64,000 bases of DNA from an uncultured Erysipelotrichaceae bacterium (lineage in GTDB: Bacteria; Bacillota_I; Bacilli_A; RFN20; CAG-826). A model generated the notes under the pieces. The model searched no databases. It was given only the letters and a program-made list of their open reading frames with translations, and was not told where the DNA came from. The stretch lies in assembly GCA_902802355.1 (NCBI GenBank), contig CADCLU010000003.1:3870-67869 (forward strand), given 5' to 3'. Positions 37,832 to 47,928 of this stretch are shown here, piece after piece (within the stretch, counting starts at the first letter, position 1; each line of letters begins with the position of its first letter). The position numbers and the translations under genes were made by a program.

Positions 37832-38383
37832 ATGCTTAAAATCGTTAAAGACACCGCTAAAAGCTTACATAGCAGATGCGCTCCCGTCGAAGACCCAAGA
37901 TCCCCTGAGATCAAAGCCACTCTCGACGAGATGACAAAGTATCTCAAAGATTCCCAGGATCCAGCCTTCCGCGAAAAGAATCCTAGCGTCCGTGAGGGCG
38001 TTGGTTTGGCCGCGCCTCAGGTTGGCATCAATAAACGCATGCTCGTCATCTATTACCCTTCCGTTTCAGAGGAAGGCAAGTTCGTCGAGTATCAGCTCGT
38101 TAACCCTCTTATCGTCTCCCAGTCCATCAGGCAGTGCTACCTCGCCAGTGGCGAAGGCTGCTTAAGCGTTGACCAAGAGCATCCAGGCTATGCCTATAGA
38201 GCATACAAGATCACCGTTAAGGCCTATGACGCACATAGTGGACAAGACATTGAAATCAGAGCCTTTGGTTTTGACGCAATCGTCCTCCAACACGAAATCG
38301 ACCATCTCAATGGAATCCTTTTCTACGACCGCATCGACAAGAGAAACCCATTCAAAGAGATTCCTGACGCCGTTGCTATTTAA
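37832..38383 (+). CDS. def: Peptide deformylase
   Basis: GVGLAAPQVG, EGCLS and HEIDHLNG motifs. Extended -10 (TGATACAAT) lies 6 nt upstream of the ATG. Confidence 0.9.
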   Translation: MLKIVKDTAKSLHSRCAPVEDPRSPEIKATLDEMTKYLKDSQDPAFREKNPSVREGVGLAAPQVGINKRMLVIYYPSVSEEGKFVEYQLVNPLIVSQSIRQCYLASGEGCLSVDQEHPGYAYRAYKITVKAYDAHSGQDIEIRAFGFDAIVLQHEIDHLNGILFYDRIDKRNPFKEIPDAVAI

Positions 38384-38433
38384 TTCTTAGATATATTGCC
38401 CAAATTATCTTTAGAAGATAAAATTAGGGCATT

Positions 38434-39465
38434 ATGAAACACAAAAGATTTGCACTGGTCTCTCTTTTGCCATTGCTTTTCTCGTGCGCTGGCGCAAACG
38501 TCGATTTGAACTACGTGCAGGAGTTGAACGCTAATGGCGATGAGGACTTTGTGGTCCTGCAATTAACGGACATCCATTGGAACTATTCCACCAACATCAA
38601 GGAAGCTTCCGCTTACCTCAACAACACCATCAAGGTCGCCAAAGAACTCAAAGGTCATATTGACCTTATCGAAGTCACCGGCGACACCCTTTTGGTTGCC
38701 AACAAGAAGATCGCCACTACCATCTACGATCTCATCGACAGCTGGGGAATCAAGTGGGCCTTTACCTTTGGTAACCACGACTATGAAGGCGAATGGAGCG
38801 AAGCTTGGATGAACGAGCTTGTCTCATCTTCCCACTACCAAAACGCCGTCTTACCAGAGTTGGTGAACAAGTATGACAAAGTCGATGGTTATTCTAACTA
38901 CGTCATCAATGTCAAATGGGGCAATGACATGAATTGGCAGATCTACAACATCGATACCCATAACCTCGTTCAGCAAAGCGGTTCCTACGACTATGATTAC
39001 GTCCATCCAAATCAGGTCGAATGGTATAAGAGCCAGGCTGAGTTAGCAAAAAAGGCTGACAACACATACACCCCATCCATCGCTTTCTTCCATATCCCAA
39101 CTTCAGAGATCAATGACATGAAGGAAGAAGAGAAGATCGGCGGAATCAAAGACGAGAAATATTGCCCAGGCAAGACCTTCTCCGAATTCTATGGTGTGGC
39201 AAAAGAGAGGAACTGCAGAGGCATGTTCTTCGGTCATGACCACAGCAACGACATCGTCTGGAAACATGAAGGCGTCGTTTATGGTTATGGCGTCAAAGCC
39301 AACATCGAGCTTTATAGCACCGAGAAAGATGATGTCTCCATCACCGGATGCGCTCTCTATTCGCTCCACAAGAACGGAACATTCGACTTAGAACACCTCA
39401 TCATCGACTACGACAACATGGAACAAGGCAAATCTAGCCTTAGCTGGGAGGTCAAAGATCTATGA
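38434..39465 (+). CDS. Metallophosphoesterase (calcineurin-like) lipoprotein
   Basis: Lipobox LLFSCAGA. GDTLL, GNHDYEG and GHDHSND motifs. Confidence 0.75.
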   Translation: MKHKRFALVSLLPLLFSCAGANVDLNYVQELNANGDEDFVVLQLTDIHWNYSTNIKEASAYLNNTIKVAKELKGHIDLIEVTGDTLLVANKKIATTIYDLIDSWGIKWAFTFGNHDYEGEWSEAWMNELVSSSHYQNAVLPELVNKYDKVDGYSNYVINVKWGNDMNWQIYNIDTHNLVQQSGSYDYDYVHPNQVEWYKSQAELAKKADNTYTPSIAFFHIPTSEINDMKEEEKIGGIKDEKYCPGKTFSEFYGVAKERNCRGMFFGHDHSNDIVWKHEGVVYGYGVKANIELYSTEKDDVSITGCALYSLHKNGTFDLEHLIIDYDNMEQGKSSLSWEVKDL

Positions 39466-40397
39466 GCAAGAAGAAATACATAGCCTTCATCATTGAGATG
39501 GTCCTCTTCATCATCGCTTCCCTTGCCTTCTACCAAGGCTTCCACTACTGGATGGCGGACATCGATGGCTTCAAGCGCATCTTCAAAGTCTGCCCAATGT
39601 ACTTAACCTACTTCTTGGTTACCTACGTTTTATTTGCCTATTACTTCCTCACCCATCAGCCAAACGAGGAAAAGAGAGCCAAGACTCTCAAGGTCAACGG
39701 CTTTGGTTTGACCATCGGCGGAGGACTTGTTCTTGTCCTTGTTATCGTTAACATGATCCTTGGCAATTATGAGTTCGGAAACGTCTCCCTCATCTTCCCT
39801 GTCGACCTCATCATCATCGATGTCTTGGTCGCTGCCGTTGGTGTCTTCACCATCATCAAAAAATCCTGGATTTTGGAAAAAATGCCTGTGATTTGCAAGG
39901 AATATTCAAAACCGAAGTGGCTTACCGTCCTTAGCAGAATCCTCGCTTTCCTTTATGTCTGGATCGCTGAGTACTTCCTTGGCGCTATTCTCATGTGCCC
40001 AACCTATATCGACTTCAGCGCCCCTGCATTCGGATGGACGATTCCTCTCTACCTTCTCATGATCTTGATGAGCGTCGTTCTCTTCTGGCATGAGTACTAT
40101 CTCGTCCGTGAAAGCGCAGGACAACCAATCCCAAAGAAGAATGAGAACATCACCAAGATCGTCCTTCTTTCCTTCGCGACGGTCGTCGGCCTCTTCGTTG
40201 TGGTTTCCGATCTCTTCCTTGGAGAAACCACTTATTACGTCTCCCACAACCTCCAGTGCATCCTTCCGATCGACTATATGATCAGCCTTAACCTCGGACC
40301 AAGGCTTCTCGCTCTCTGCCCACTTATCGCCTTATGGTTCAACTTCATCATGAGCATGACCCTCATGAAGAAAAAAGTGGCGGAACCGCTTTCATAA
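39462..40397 (+). CDS. Polytopic membrane protein (hypothetical, 311 aa)
   Basis: About eight TM helices. 4-nt overlap with the upstream phosphoesterase gene. Confidence 0.5.
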   Translation: MSKKKYIAFIIEMVLFIIASLAFYQGFHYWMADIDGFKRIFKVCPMYLTYFLVTYVLFAYYFLTHQPNEEKRAKTLKVNGFGLTIGGGLVLVLVIVNMILGNYEFGNVSLIFPVDLIIIDVLVAAVGVFTIIKKSWILEKMPVICKEYSKPKWLTVLSRILAFLYVWIAEYFLGAILMCPTYIDFSAPAFGWTIPLYLLMILMSVVLFWHEYYLVRESAGQPIPKKNENITKIVLLSFATVVGLFVVVSDLFLGETTYYVSHNLQCILPIDYMISLNLGPRLLALCPLIALWFNFIMSMTLMKKKVAEPLS

Positions 40398-40488
40398 TTT
40401 TGCCGTATTTCCTTTGGAAAAAAGGTGATATAGTTTAGGTAACCTGTCGAGCACATAAGTCATTGTCGCTTTTGAGAGGCTTATTTCT

Positions 40489-42171
40489 ATGCACAATTAC
40501 AACTCACCAGTGAACGTTTTCGCCCTCGGCGGATTAGGAGAAGTAGGTAAAAATACCTACTGCTTTGAGACTGAGCGCTCAATCATTTTGGTTGATGCCG
40601 GCGTCCGTTTCCCTGAGTCAAATCTACCAGGCGTTGACTACGTCATCCCTGACTATACTTACCTTAGAAACAACCGTAACAAGATAAAGGCCTTATTCAT
40701 CACCCACGGCCACGAAGACCATATCGGCGGCATTCCTTTCCTTATCAGAAGCGTCTATATCCCTGTGATCTACGCGCCAAGACTTGCCGCTGCTTTAATC
40801 AGGCACAAACTCGAGGATGCCCGCATCCGCGAAGAAGTCAAAATCGTCGAGTACGATAGCGACACCGTGGTCCCGATCGGCGATGACTTTAAGGTCTCTT
40901 TCTTTAGAGTCACCCACTCCATCCCGGATAGCTATGGCATCTGCATCGATACCAAGCAGGGAAGAATCATCGAGAGCGGCGACTTCAAAGTCGACCTCAC
41001 CCCTGTCGGACCTCAATTTGAGATCGCTAAATTAGCCAAACTCGGACAAGAAGGCGTCGACCTCCTTATGGCCGATTCCACGAACGCCGAGATTGAGGGC
41101 TACACCCCATCCGAGAAGAACGTCCGTTCTGGCGTTGAAGAGGTCTTTGATCAGGCCAATGCCCGTATCATCGTCTCCACCTTCTCTAGCAACATCAACC
41201 GTATCCAGCAAGTCGTCGAAGCGGCCGTCAGTCATGGCAGAAAGATCTGCATCCTTGGCAGAAGCATGGAAAACACCATGACCATCGCCCGCAAGTACGG
41301 CTATATCAAAGTACCTGATTCATCAATCATCTCCGATGACATGGTCCGTTCCTACAAATCGAACGAGATCTGCATCATCTGCACAGGCTCCCAAGGCGAA
41401 TCCATGGCGGCTTTGTCGAGGATTTCACGCGGAGAACACAAGAATATCCGCATCATCCCAGGCGACACCATCGTCTTCTCTAGCAACGCTATTCCAGGCA
41501 ACGGAGCCCTCGTTGATAGACTCGTCAATGACCTCGTCAAACAAGGCGCTGACGTCAAACAGAATTCCCTCGCCTTCTCTCTCCATAGCTCAGGCCACCC
41601 ATCCCGCCAGGAACTCCGTCTCATGCAGCGCTTAGTCAATCCTAAGTACTTCATGCCAGTCCACGGCGAGTACCGCATGCTTAAGCTCCATGGTGATATC
41701 GCGATCGATATGGGTCTTCCGAAAGACCACGTCTTTGTCTGCGACAATGGCGATATGGTCACTCTTGAGAATCATAAGGTCACCAGAGGCGGACACGCCC
41801 AGGCTGAAGCCGTCTATATCGATGGCAATGACATCGACGGTCTTTCCGCGAACGTCATGCGCGACAGAGCCCAGCTCAAGAACGACGGCATGATCGCTGT
41901 TCTCGTCTCCATCGATTCAAAGAAGAATCAGCTTTTGACCAAACCTATCGTATACGCCCGCGGCTTCTTCGAAGGAGGCAGCGACGCCCACATCATCAGA
42001 CACGCCCAGATGGCGGCCGAAGAATCACTTAGGAACGTCATGAGCAAGAAGGCCACCTATAATGAGATCAAGACCTCGCTCAAGAACTCAGTGGCCCACT
42101 ACATCTACCGTAAGACCGAGCGTAACCCAATGATCATCCCGCTCATCATGAGCGTCAGCGACAACAACTGA
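40489..42171 (+). CDS. rnj: Ribonuclease J (metallo-beta-lactamase/beta-CASP RNase)
   Basis: HGHEDHIGG motif, beta-CASP region, 560 aa. Confidence 0.9.
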   Translation: MHNYNSPVNVFALGGLGEVGKNTYCFETERSIILVDAGVRFPESNLPGVDYVIPDYTYLRNNRNKIKALFITHGHEDHIGGIPFLIRSVYIPVIYAPRLAAALIRHKLEDARIREEVKIVEYDSDTVVPIGDDFKVSFFRVTHSIPDSYGICIDTKQGRIIESGDFKVDLTPVGPQFEIAKLAKLGQEGVDLLMADSTNAEIEGYTPSEKNVRSGVEEVFDQANARIIVSTFSSNINRIQQVVEAAVSHGRKICILGRSMENTMTIARKYGYIKVPDSSIISDDMVRSYKSNEICIICTGSQGESMAALSRISRGEHKNIRIIPGDTIVFSSNAIPGNGALVDRLVNDLVKQGADVKQNSLAFSLHSSGHPSRQELRLMQRLVNPKYFMPVHGEYRMLKLHGDIAIDMGLPKDHVFVCDNGDMVTLENHKVTRGGHAQAEAVYIDGNDIDGLSANVMRDRAQLKNDGMIAVLVSIDSKKNQLLTKPIVYARGFFEGGSDAHIIRHAQMAAEESLRNVMSKKATYNEIKTSLKNSVAHYIYRKTERNPMIIPLIMSVSDNN

Positions 42172-42172
42172 G

Positions 42173-42721
42173 ATGCTTATCCTTGCAAGCGCATCACCAA
42201 GAAGACGTGAGCTTTTAAAGAAACTCGTGTCTTCTTTTGTTGTTATACCTCCTGATATCGACGAAAGAGCCCTTGACCCAGTTATGGGTTCCGCGGATCT
42301 CAGCCACGAAGTTGCTAGGATCAAGGCCTACTCCGTTTTCGCAGCGCACCCAGATGATGAAGTCCTTAGCTGCGACACAGTTGTTGTCTGTGAAGGCGAA
42401 GTCTTGGAGAAGCCAAAGGATATGAAAGATGCTATAAGCATGCTTAGTAAACAAAGCGGTAAGTCCACAAAGGTTCTTTCTTCATACACCTATATCTCCA
42501 AAGACAAAGAGATAAGTAGAACGGTTTGCTCAGAGGTTCTATTCAATCCTCTCTCTGAAGCGGAAATCATTGAGTATATAGAAAAATTCCAGCCCTTTGA
42601 TAAGGCTGGAAGCTATGGCATTCAGGACGATTACCCTTTGATCAATAGAATCGAAGGTTCCTATTACAACGTGATGGGCCTTCCTGTAGAGGATTTAGCC
42701 GAACACGTCTTTAAGCGTTGA
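42173..42721 (+). CDS. maf: Maf-like nucleoside triphosphate pyrophosphatase
   Basis: MLILASASPRRRELL N-terminus. 182 aa. Confidence 0.85.
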   Translation: MLILASASPRRRELLKKLVSSFVVIPPDIDERALDPVMGSADLSHEVARIKAYSVFAAHPDDEVLSCDTVVVCEGEVLEKPKDMKDAISMLSKQSGKSTKVLSSYTYISKDKEISRTVCSEVLFNPLSEAEIIEYIEKFQPFDKAGSYGIQDDYPLINRIEGSYYNVMGLPVEDLAEHVFKR

Positions 42722-43076
42722 AGATCTTCTCGTAGACCTCTTCGGCGTTATCCTTAACCACAAGAGTGAGCTTATCGCTCTTCTCAATGAAGCCAGTGAC
42801 ACCGGCTTCTTTTATTTTCTCTTTGTTGATTTTGGAATAGTCCTTTAAGTGGACGATGATTCTCGATCCTTCTCTAGAGGAATCGATGTAATTGTCTTCT
42901 CCTCCAAGAGCCTCGAAATACTCGGATTTGGAAGCGATTGGGAGTGATTTGACACGCTTTTTGCTAAGGATTTTGACTAAAACAATGCAAATAACGGCAA
43001 GAACTAATAGGGATATGGCAATGATGCTGACTATGAGGAGGGCATCGTCATTGAATGAGAGAAGTGTTTTAAGCAT
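42711..43076 (-). CDS. Small membrane protein with degenerate PTS EIIB(Glc)-like C-terminal domain (hypothetical)
   Basis: TM helix then LGGEDNYIDSSREGSRIIVHLKD, which resembles EIIB but lacks the phosphorylatable Cys. The start is uncertain (ATG at 43076 or TTG at 43121). Confidence 0.35.
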   Translation of the reverse strand: MLKTLLSFNDDALLIVSIIAISLLVLAVICIVLVKILSKKRVKSLPIASKSEYFEALGGEDNYIDSSREGSRIIVHLKDYSKINKEKIKEAGVTGFIEKSDKLTLVVKDNAEEVYEKIFNA

Positions 43077-43167
43077 GGAGAAAGTATACCACAACAGAGG
43101 GGGGCTAAATAACGTAGACAAACAAATACTTGGTATTTTGAGTTAATAGGGAAAGGAGGCAATTCCG

Positions 43168-44916
43168 ATGAAACAGAAAACTCTAAGCGTACTCGTCTTG
43201 TCGGCAGGACTTCTTCTTTCCTCATGCGGAGACATTACAGGTAGCTCCGCCCCTTCTACTTACACCCCACCTTCCACAAGCGTTGAGGCTAGCGAACGCG
43301 GCTCAATCTCCACACCTACTTCCGACAGCGTGGACGAAAGTATTGAGAGAAAGATCATTCTCAAAGACAACGGCACGACATTCATTGGCTCTGGCATCTC
43401 CGTCCAAGACAATACGGTCATTATTTATAAACCTGGCTCATACACAGTCTCAGGTACTCTTACCAATGGCTCAATCTACGTCAGCCTTGAAGAAGAAAAT
43501 GAAGTTGAGCTCATTCTTAATGGCGTCTCTATCACTCAAAGCGGCAATAACACCCTCGCTCCAATCTATGGCGCCAATAAAACCAAGCTCAAAATCAAGA
43601 AATACAAAGGCACCACTTCCACCATCACCGATAACAGAATCGCTATCTCCGATGATGCTGAGGACAGTGCGGCCATCTTCTCAAACAAGAAACTGAGTAT
43701 CGTTGGCGCAGGCACGCTTAACGTTATCGGTAATCTCAAGAATGGCGTCGCTTCCGATACCAAGATCACTGCCAAGAACGGCGCCCTTTCGATCAAAGCC
43801 GCCAACACTGGCATGAAAGCCCATAAATCCATCGTCCTAGGTGACCCGACAGACGAAGGAACGATCACAATCGAGTCTACAAATAACGATGGCATCAACG
43901 TCGAAAAGAGAGATGATGATACCTTCGAAGAAGGCGATGTCCAGGGTGTCCAGATCAGAAAAGGTACCTACACCATCACCTCCAAAGACAAAGGCATCAA
44001 ATCCGGTTATGACGTTGAGATCATCGATGGTTCTTTGAACATCACCTCAACTGGTGATGACGGCATCAATGCCGAGAATGACATCTACGTCAAAGGCGGA
44101 ACAACCACGGTCAAAGCCAAAGACGATGGCTTTCACGCTGATAACAAATTAGCCATCAGCGGAGGAACCAATACCGTCGCTCAATCATACGAAGGCTTCG
44201 AAGGCCTTGAAGTCGAAATCTCTGGCGGAACCAACACCGCTTTCGCAAGCGATGATGGCATCAATGCCGGAGGAGGATCCGATACCTCTAGCAACGAAAG
44301 CCCATGGGGACCTCCAGGAGGCGGATCTGCAAGCGATTCCTCAGCCGTCCTTACCATCTCTGGAGGAAACAACTACATCCAGTGCACTGGCGATGGCGTT
44401 GACTCGAATGGCAACCTCTATGTCACTGGCGGAATCACCGTCGTCAATCAGTCAGGGAACGGAAACGGTCCTCTCGACTATGGCGAAAGAGGCGAGTTCA
44501 AACAGTCTGGCGGCACTTTGGTAGCCTATGGATCTAACGACATGCTCGTCACTTCTAGTGGCACCCAGTATTCATTCCTTGGCTCATACGCTTCTGGTTG
44601 CAGCACAAATTCCTATTTGGCTTTAGCCAATGGCGGATACACCTGGCTTGTCAAACCACAGAGCAGCACCGCTTATTCGCTATATATCTCCAGTAACGAG
44701 TTCGTAGATGGTTCAATGGTGTTCTCCTACGTCAGCAGTGCAAACCCAACCAACGAAATCCTCAGAGGCTTATACAAAGAGTCTGGTTCAGTATCTGGCA
44801 CACAGATCGCCGGAGGAACCTGGAGCAGCTCTAACGTCAATATCAGGTCCACCACCTCTAGCGGAGGCGGTCCTGGAGGCGGCGGAGGCCCAGGTGGAGG
44901 CGGAGGCCACAGATAA
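43168..44916 (+). CDS. Lipoprotein with parallel beta-helix-like carbohydrate-binding repeats (DUF4353-like) and C-terminal poly-Gly/Pro tail
   Basis: Lipobox LLSSCGD. Repeated DDGINA/DGVDSNGN units. C-terminal GGGPGGGGGPGGGGGHR. Confidence 0.6.
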   Translation: MKQKTLSVLVLSAGLLLSSCGDITGSSAPSTYTPPSTSVEASERGSISTPTSDSVDESIERKIILKDNGTTFIGSGISVQDNTVIIYKPGSYTVSGTLTNGSIYVSLEEENEVELILNGVSITQSGNNTLAPIYGANKTKLKIKKYKGTTSTITDNRIAISDDAEDSAAIFSNKKLSIVGAGTLNVIGNLKNGVASDTKITAKNGALSIKAANTGMKAHKSIVLGDPTDEGTITIESTNNDGINVEKRDDDTFEEGDVQGVQIRKGTYTITSKDKGIKSGYDVEIIDGSLNITSTGDDGINAENDIYVKGGTTTVKAKDDGFHADNKLAISGGTNTVAQSYEGFEGLEVEISGGTNTAFASDDGINAGGGSDTSSNESPWGPPGGGSASDSSAVLTISGGNNYIQCTGDGVDSNGNLYVTGGITVVNQSGNGNGPLDYGERGEFKQSGGTLVAYGSNDMLVTSSGTQYSFLGSYASGCSTNSYLALANGGYTWLVKPQSSTAYSLYISSNEFVDGSMVFSYVSSANPTNEILRGLYKESGSVSGTQIAGGTWSSSNVNIRSTTSSGGGPGGGGGPGGGGGHR

Positions 44917-44917
44917 T

Positions 44918-44950
44918 CTCCCCAAGGTCAGCGTTCGCTGGCCTTTCTTT
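44918..44950 (+). terminator. Rho-independent terminator after the beta-helix lipoprotein gene
   Basis: AAGGTCAGCG-TT-CGCTGGCCTT hairpin followed by TCTTTTT. Confidence 0.5.
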
Positions 44951-44966
44951 TTGCTATAATTGTCCC

Positions 44967-45539
44967 ATGAGCGATTTAATCGAAATCGAAGCCAAAGCCT
45001 TAATCACGAAAGAGGACTATGAGAAACTAGCCTCTCTTTTCAAAGAAAATAAGTCCTATATCCAGATCAACTACTACATCGATACAAAGAACTGCGACAT
45101 CAGGAAGAAGGGTCTTTCACTTCGCGTCCGTTTCAAAGACAAGAAGTTCGAGATGACCGTCAAGGTTCCTAGGGTTGAAGGCCATATTGAGAAGAACGTT
45201 TACATCACCGAAGACGAATTCGAAGGCATAAATGGGCAAACCTCATTCCCTGAAAACGAGATAAAGAAGTACATCGAGGAAGAGGGAATCGATACCTCAG
45301 CCCTCTATATCAAAACCGTTCTCACAACCAAGAGAATCGATGCCGAATACGAAGGCGGAGAACTTGCCATAGACCTCAACACCTACTCTGGCATAACCGA
45401 TTATGAGGTTGAGTTAGAACACAAGGATATGGCCACCGCGGAGATGTATCTTAGGAAACTATTCGAAGAAAATAACATCCCTCTTAAGTTCAACAAAAAG
45501 AGTAAGATCAGAAGAGCTTTAGAGGCTATTGGAGAATAA
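44967..45539 (+). CDS. CYTH-domain protein (CyaB/thiamine-triphosphatase-like)
   Basis: EIEAKAL N-terminal EXEXK motif and LSLRVRF strand pattern. The -10 TATAAT lies 6 nt upstream of the ATG. Confidence 0.7.
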   Translation: MSDLIEIEAKALITKEDYEKLASLFKENKSYIQINYYIDTKNCDIRKKGLSLRVRFKDKKFEMTVKVPRVEGHIEKNVYITEDEFEGINGQTSFPENEIKKYIEEEGIDTSALYIKTVLTTKRIDAEYEGGELAIDLNTYSGITDYEVELEHKDMATAEMYLRKLFEENNIPLKFNKKSKIRRALEAIGE

Positions 45540-45569
45540 AAAAAGCGCCAAATTGCTGGCGCTTTTTAA

Positions 45570-46052
45570 TTATTTGAAGTACTTTTCCTCATCGACTAAG
45601 CACTGCTTGTCTTTTGGATTGATGTTCATACGGTCCGTACCGACTGGACATGTTGGGAACTTCGGACACCACTCGCCGCAGAGGAGGTCGGCGTATCTTC
45701 TTGCTCTTGGGATGAAGGTGCGGATTTCCTCTTCGTTATATCCAACCTGGACTCTTCTGTCGTCGACGATGATCGGACGGCGGAGAACGGAAGGATTGTT
45801 CTTGATGAAAGTGACGAGCTCGGAGATCTTCATCTCGTCGAAGTTGATGTTCTGTTCCTGAACAATCTTACTCCTTGGGGAGATGATCTCATCGGTTCCG
45901 TCAATGCACTTCGTGATGATCTCACGAATCTCAGTCTCATTGAGGGCACCGCTGAAGATGTCTTTGCTGGTATATGGGATCTTTTGATCATCGAACCACT
46001 TTTTGACTTTGCGGCAGGATGAGCATGATGGTGAATAATAAATCTTAATCAT
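45570..46052 (-). CDS. Spx/ArsC-family redox regulator-like protein with Cys-rich C-terminal extension
   Basis: MIKIYYSPSCSSCRKVKKWF (CXXC) typical of Spx/MgsR. Extra C-terminal WCPKFPTCP...CL segment. Confidence 0.6.
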   Translation of the reverse strand: MIKIYYSPSCSSCRKVKKWFDDQKIPYTSKDIFSGALNETEIREIITKCIDGTDEIISPRSKIVQEQNINFDEMKISELVTFIKNNPSVLRRPIIVDDRRVQVGYNEEEIRTFIPRARRYADLLCGEWCPKFPTCPVGTDRMNINPKDKQCLVDEEKYFK

Positions 46053-46148
46053 ACGAGTGTATTCTATTCGTTTTGTAAAAGTCTTGCATTAACTTTGTTA
46101 ATATTTACTTCCTTCCTCTTCTCTTCTAGAATGAGCGTGAGGTTTTTT

Positions 46149-47138
46149 ATGACGCGTATTTTATCTGGAATCAAACCTACTGGAAAACTCACTTTAGGAA
46201 ACTATATCGGCGCTTTACGCCACTTCAAAGACTTCCAAGAATCTGGCGAAGTCTTCATTTTCATCGCTGACCTTCATGCTCTCACGATGCCTATCGATCC
46301 AAACGAGCTTAGAGAAAACAGCCGTGACTTGGCCGCCTTCTATCTCGCTAGCGGTCTCGACCCAAAGAAATGCACAATCTTCCTTCAGTCGACCGTTTCC
46401 GCTCACGCTGAGCTCAACGCCATCCTTCAAAACTACCTCTACATGGGCGAGCTTAGGCGCATGACCCAGTTCAAAGACAAATGCTCCAAGATGAACGACA
46501 GCGAAATCGGACTTGGCATCTTCGCCTATCCTGTTTTGATGGCTGCCGACATCCTTTTATACGATGCCAATATCGTCCCGGTTGGCGAAGATCAGACCCA
46601 GCACGTCGAAATCTGCCGCGATCTCGTTAAGAGATTCAACCACCGCTACGGCGACATCCTTATCATGCCTCGCGCCCAGGTCACCAAAGTCGGTGCCCGT
46701 ATCATGTCGCTCAGTGACCCAAGCAAGAAGATGTCCAAGAGCGATCCAAAAGGCGATATCTTCCTCAAAGACGACGAGAAGACCATCCGCAAGAAGATCA
46801 TGTCCGCCGTCACCGACATGGTTGGCAAGGTCAACTATGACCCAGAGAACCAGCCAGGCGTTTCCAACTTACTTACCATCTATGCCGCTTTAAGCGACAT
46901 CACCCCACAAGAGGCTGCTGAGAAGTTCAAAGACTCTGGATACGGCGATTTCAAGAAAGCCGTTGCCGATAAGGTTCTTGAAGAACTCCTCCCATTCAAA
47001 GCCCGCTACGAAGAGATCATCGCTTCGAAGGCTTATGTTGACATCCTTAATGAAGGCGCCAAGAAAGCCGAAGCGGTCGCTAAGAAGACCTTAAAACGCG
47101 TTCAGCAAGCCGTTGGCCTTCTCTCCCTTGATGACTAA
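46149..47138 (+). CDS. trpS: Tryptophan--tRNA ligase
   Basis: ILSGIKPTG...TLGNYIG (HIGH-like) and KMSKS motifs. Start moved to MTRILSG. Confidence 0.9.
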   Translation: MTRILSGIKPTGKLTLGNYIGALRHFKDFQESGEVFIFIADLHALTMPIDPNELRENSRDLAAFYLASGLDPKKCTIFLQSTVSAHAELNAILQNYLYMGELRRMTQFKDKCSKMNDSEIGLGIFAYPVLMAADILLYDANIVPVGEDQTQHVEICRDLVKRFNHRYGDILIMPRAQVTKVGARIMSLSDPSKKMSKSDPKGDIFLKDDEKTIRKKIMSAVTDMVGKVNYDPENQPGVSNLLTIYAALSDITPQEAAEKFKDSGYGDFKKAVADKVLEELLPFKARYEEIIASKAYVDILNEGAKKAEAVAKKTLKRVQQAVGLLSLDD

Positions 47139-47928
47139 GAAGCTTATTTTTATCGATTTAGACGGAACGTTGCTTAACGATTCTTTTGAGTTGACTCCAT
47201 ATACCAAAGACGTTCTTAAAAGAATCTCTGAGAAAGGACACAGAGTCGTCCTCGCTTCAGGACGTCCTCCTAGAGCCATTATCCCCTACTACGAAGAGTT
47301 AGGGCTCAAGACTCCTTTCATCGCCTATAACGGAACTTACGTCATCGATCCTAATGACAAGTCATTCCCTTCTTTGAAGGAGGCTTTTCCTTTGAAGGAC
47401 GTCAAAGCCATTCTTTCGAAGATCGATTTCCCTCTTCTTAACCTCGCTTTCGAGGATGATGAGAAGATTTATATGAAGAAGCTCGACCCATTCCTTATCG
47501 GATACTTCCCAAAGATGGGCGAAGAGATAACGACAGGCGGTGCCTTTGAGCATCTCACAAAAGATGTGTACGCGCTTATCTTTGAGGCCGAGAAAGAATA
47601 CGACCAGAAGATCAAAGAACTCGTTGAGAGTTATCCTCCAATGGGTTGCAGACACTGGGGAACCTCAAAACACTGCGAAGCTTATTACGCCCATTACGAT
47701 AAAGGCAATGCCGCGGAATATATTGCCAAGTATTATGACATCGACTCAAAAGATATCATCGCTTTCGGCGATAGTGACAGTGACTACAGAATGCTTTCAT
47801 TTGCAGGCGAGAAATATTGCGTTTTCCCGTGCAAATCCCATCTACTTTTAGAAAAAGTCCCACATTTAGAAAAAGGCAACAACGATGACGCTGTTGCCCA
47901 TAAGTTAGAAGAATTGCTTCTTAATTAG
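47131..47928 (+). CDS. Cof-type HAD-IIB phosphatase
   Basis: LIFIDLDGTLL motif. C-terminal GDSDSD. Overlaps the trpS stop by 8 nt. Confidence 0.8.
   Translation: MTKKLIFIDLDGTLLNDSFELTPYTKDVLKRISEKGHRVVLASGRPPRAIIPYYEELGLKTPFIAYNGTYVIDPNDKSFPSLKEAFPLKDVKAILSKIDFPLLNLAFEDDEKIYMKKLDPFLIGYFPKMGEEITTGGAFEHLTKDVYALIFEAEKEYDQKIKELVESYPPMGCRHWGTSKHCEAYYAHYDKGNAAEYIAKYYDIDSKDIIAFGDSDSDYRMLSFAGEKYCVFPCKSHLLLEKVPHLEKGNNDDAVAHKLEELLLN

Noticed and set aside
46053-46148. Possible T-box leader upstream of trpS
   Set aside because: The intergenic region is only about 95 nt, with no specifier/T-box consensus (AATTAGGGTGGNACCGCG) and no terminator or antiterminator. It is too short for a T-box.
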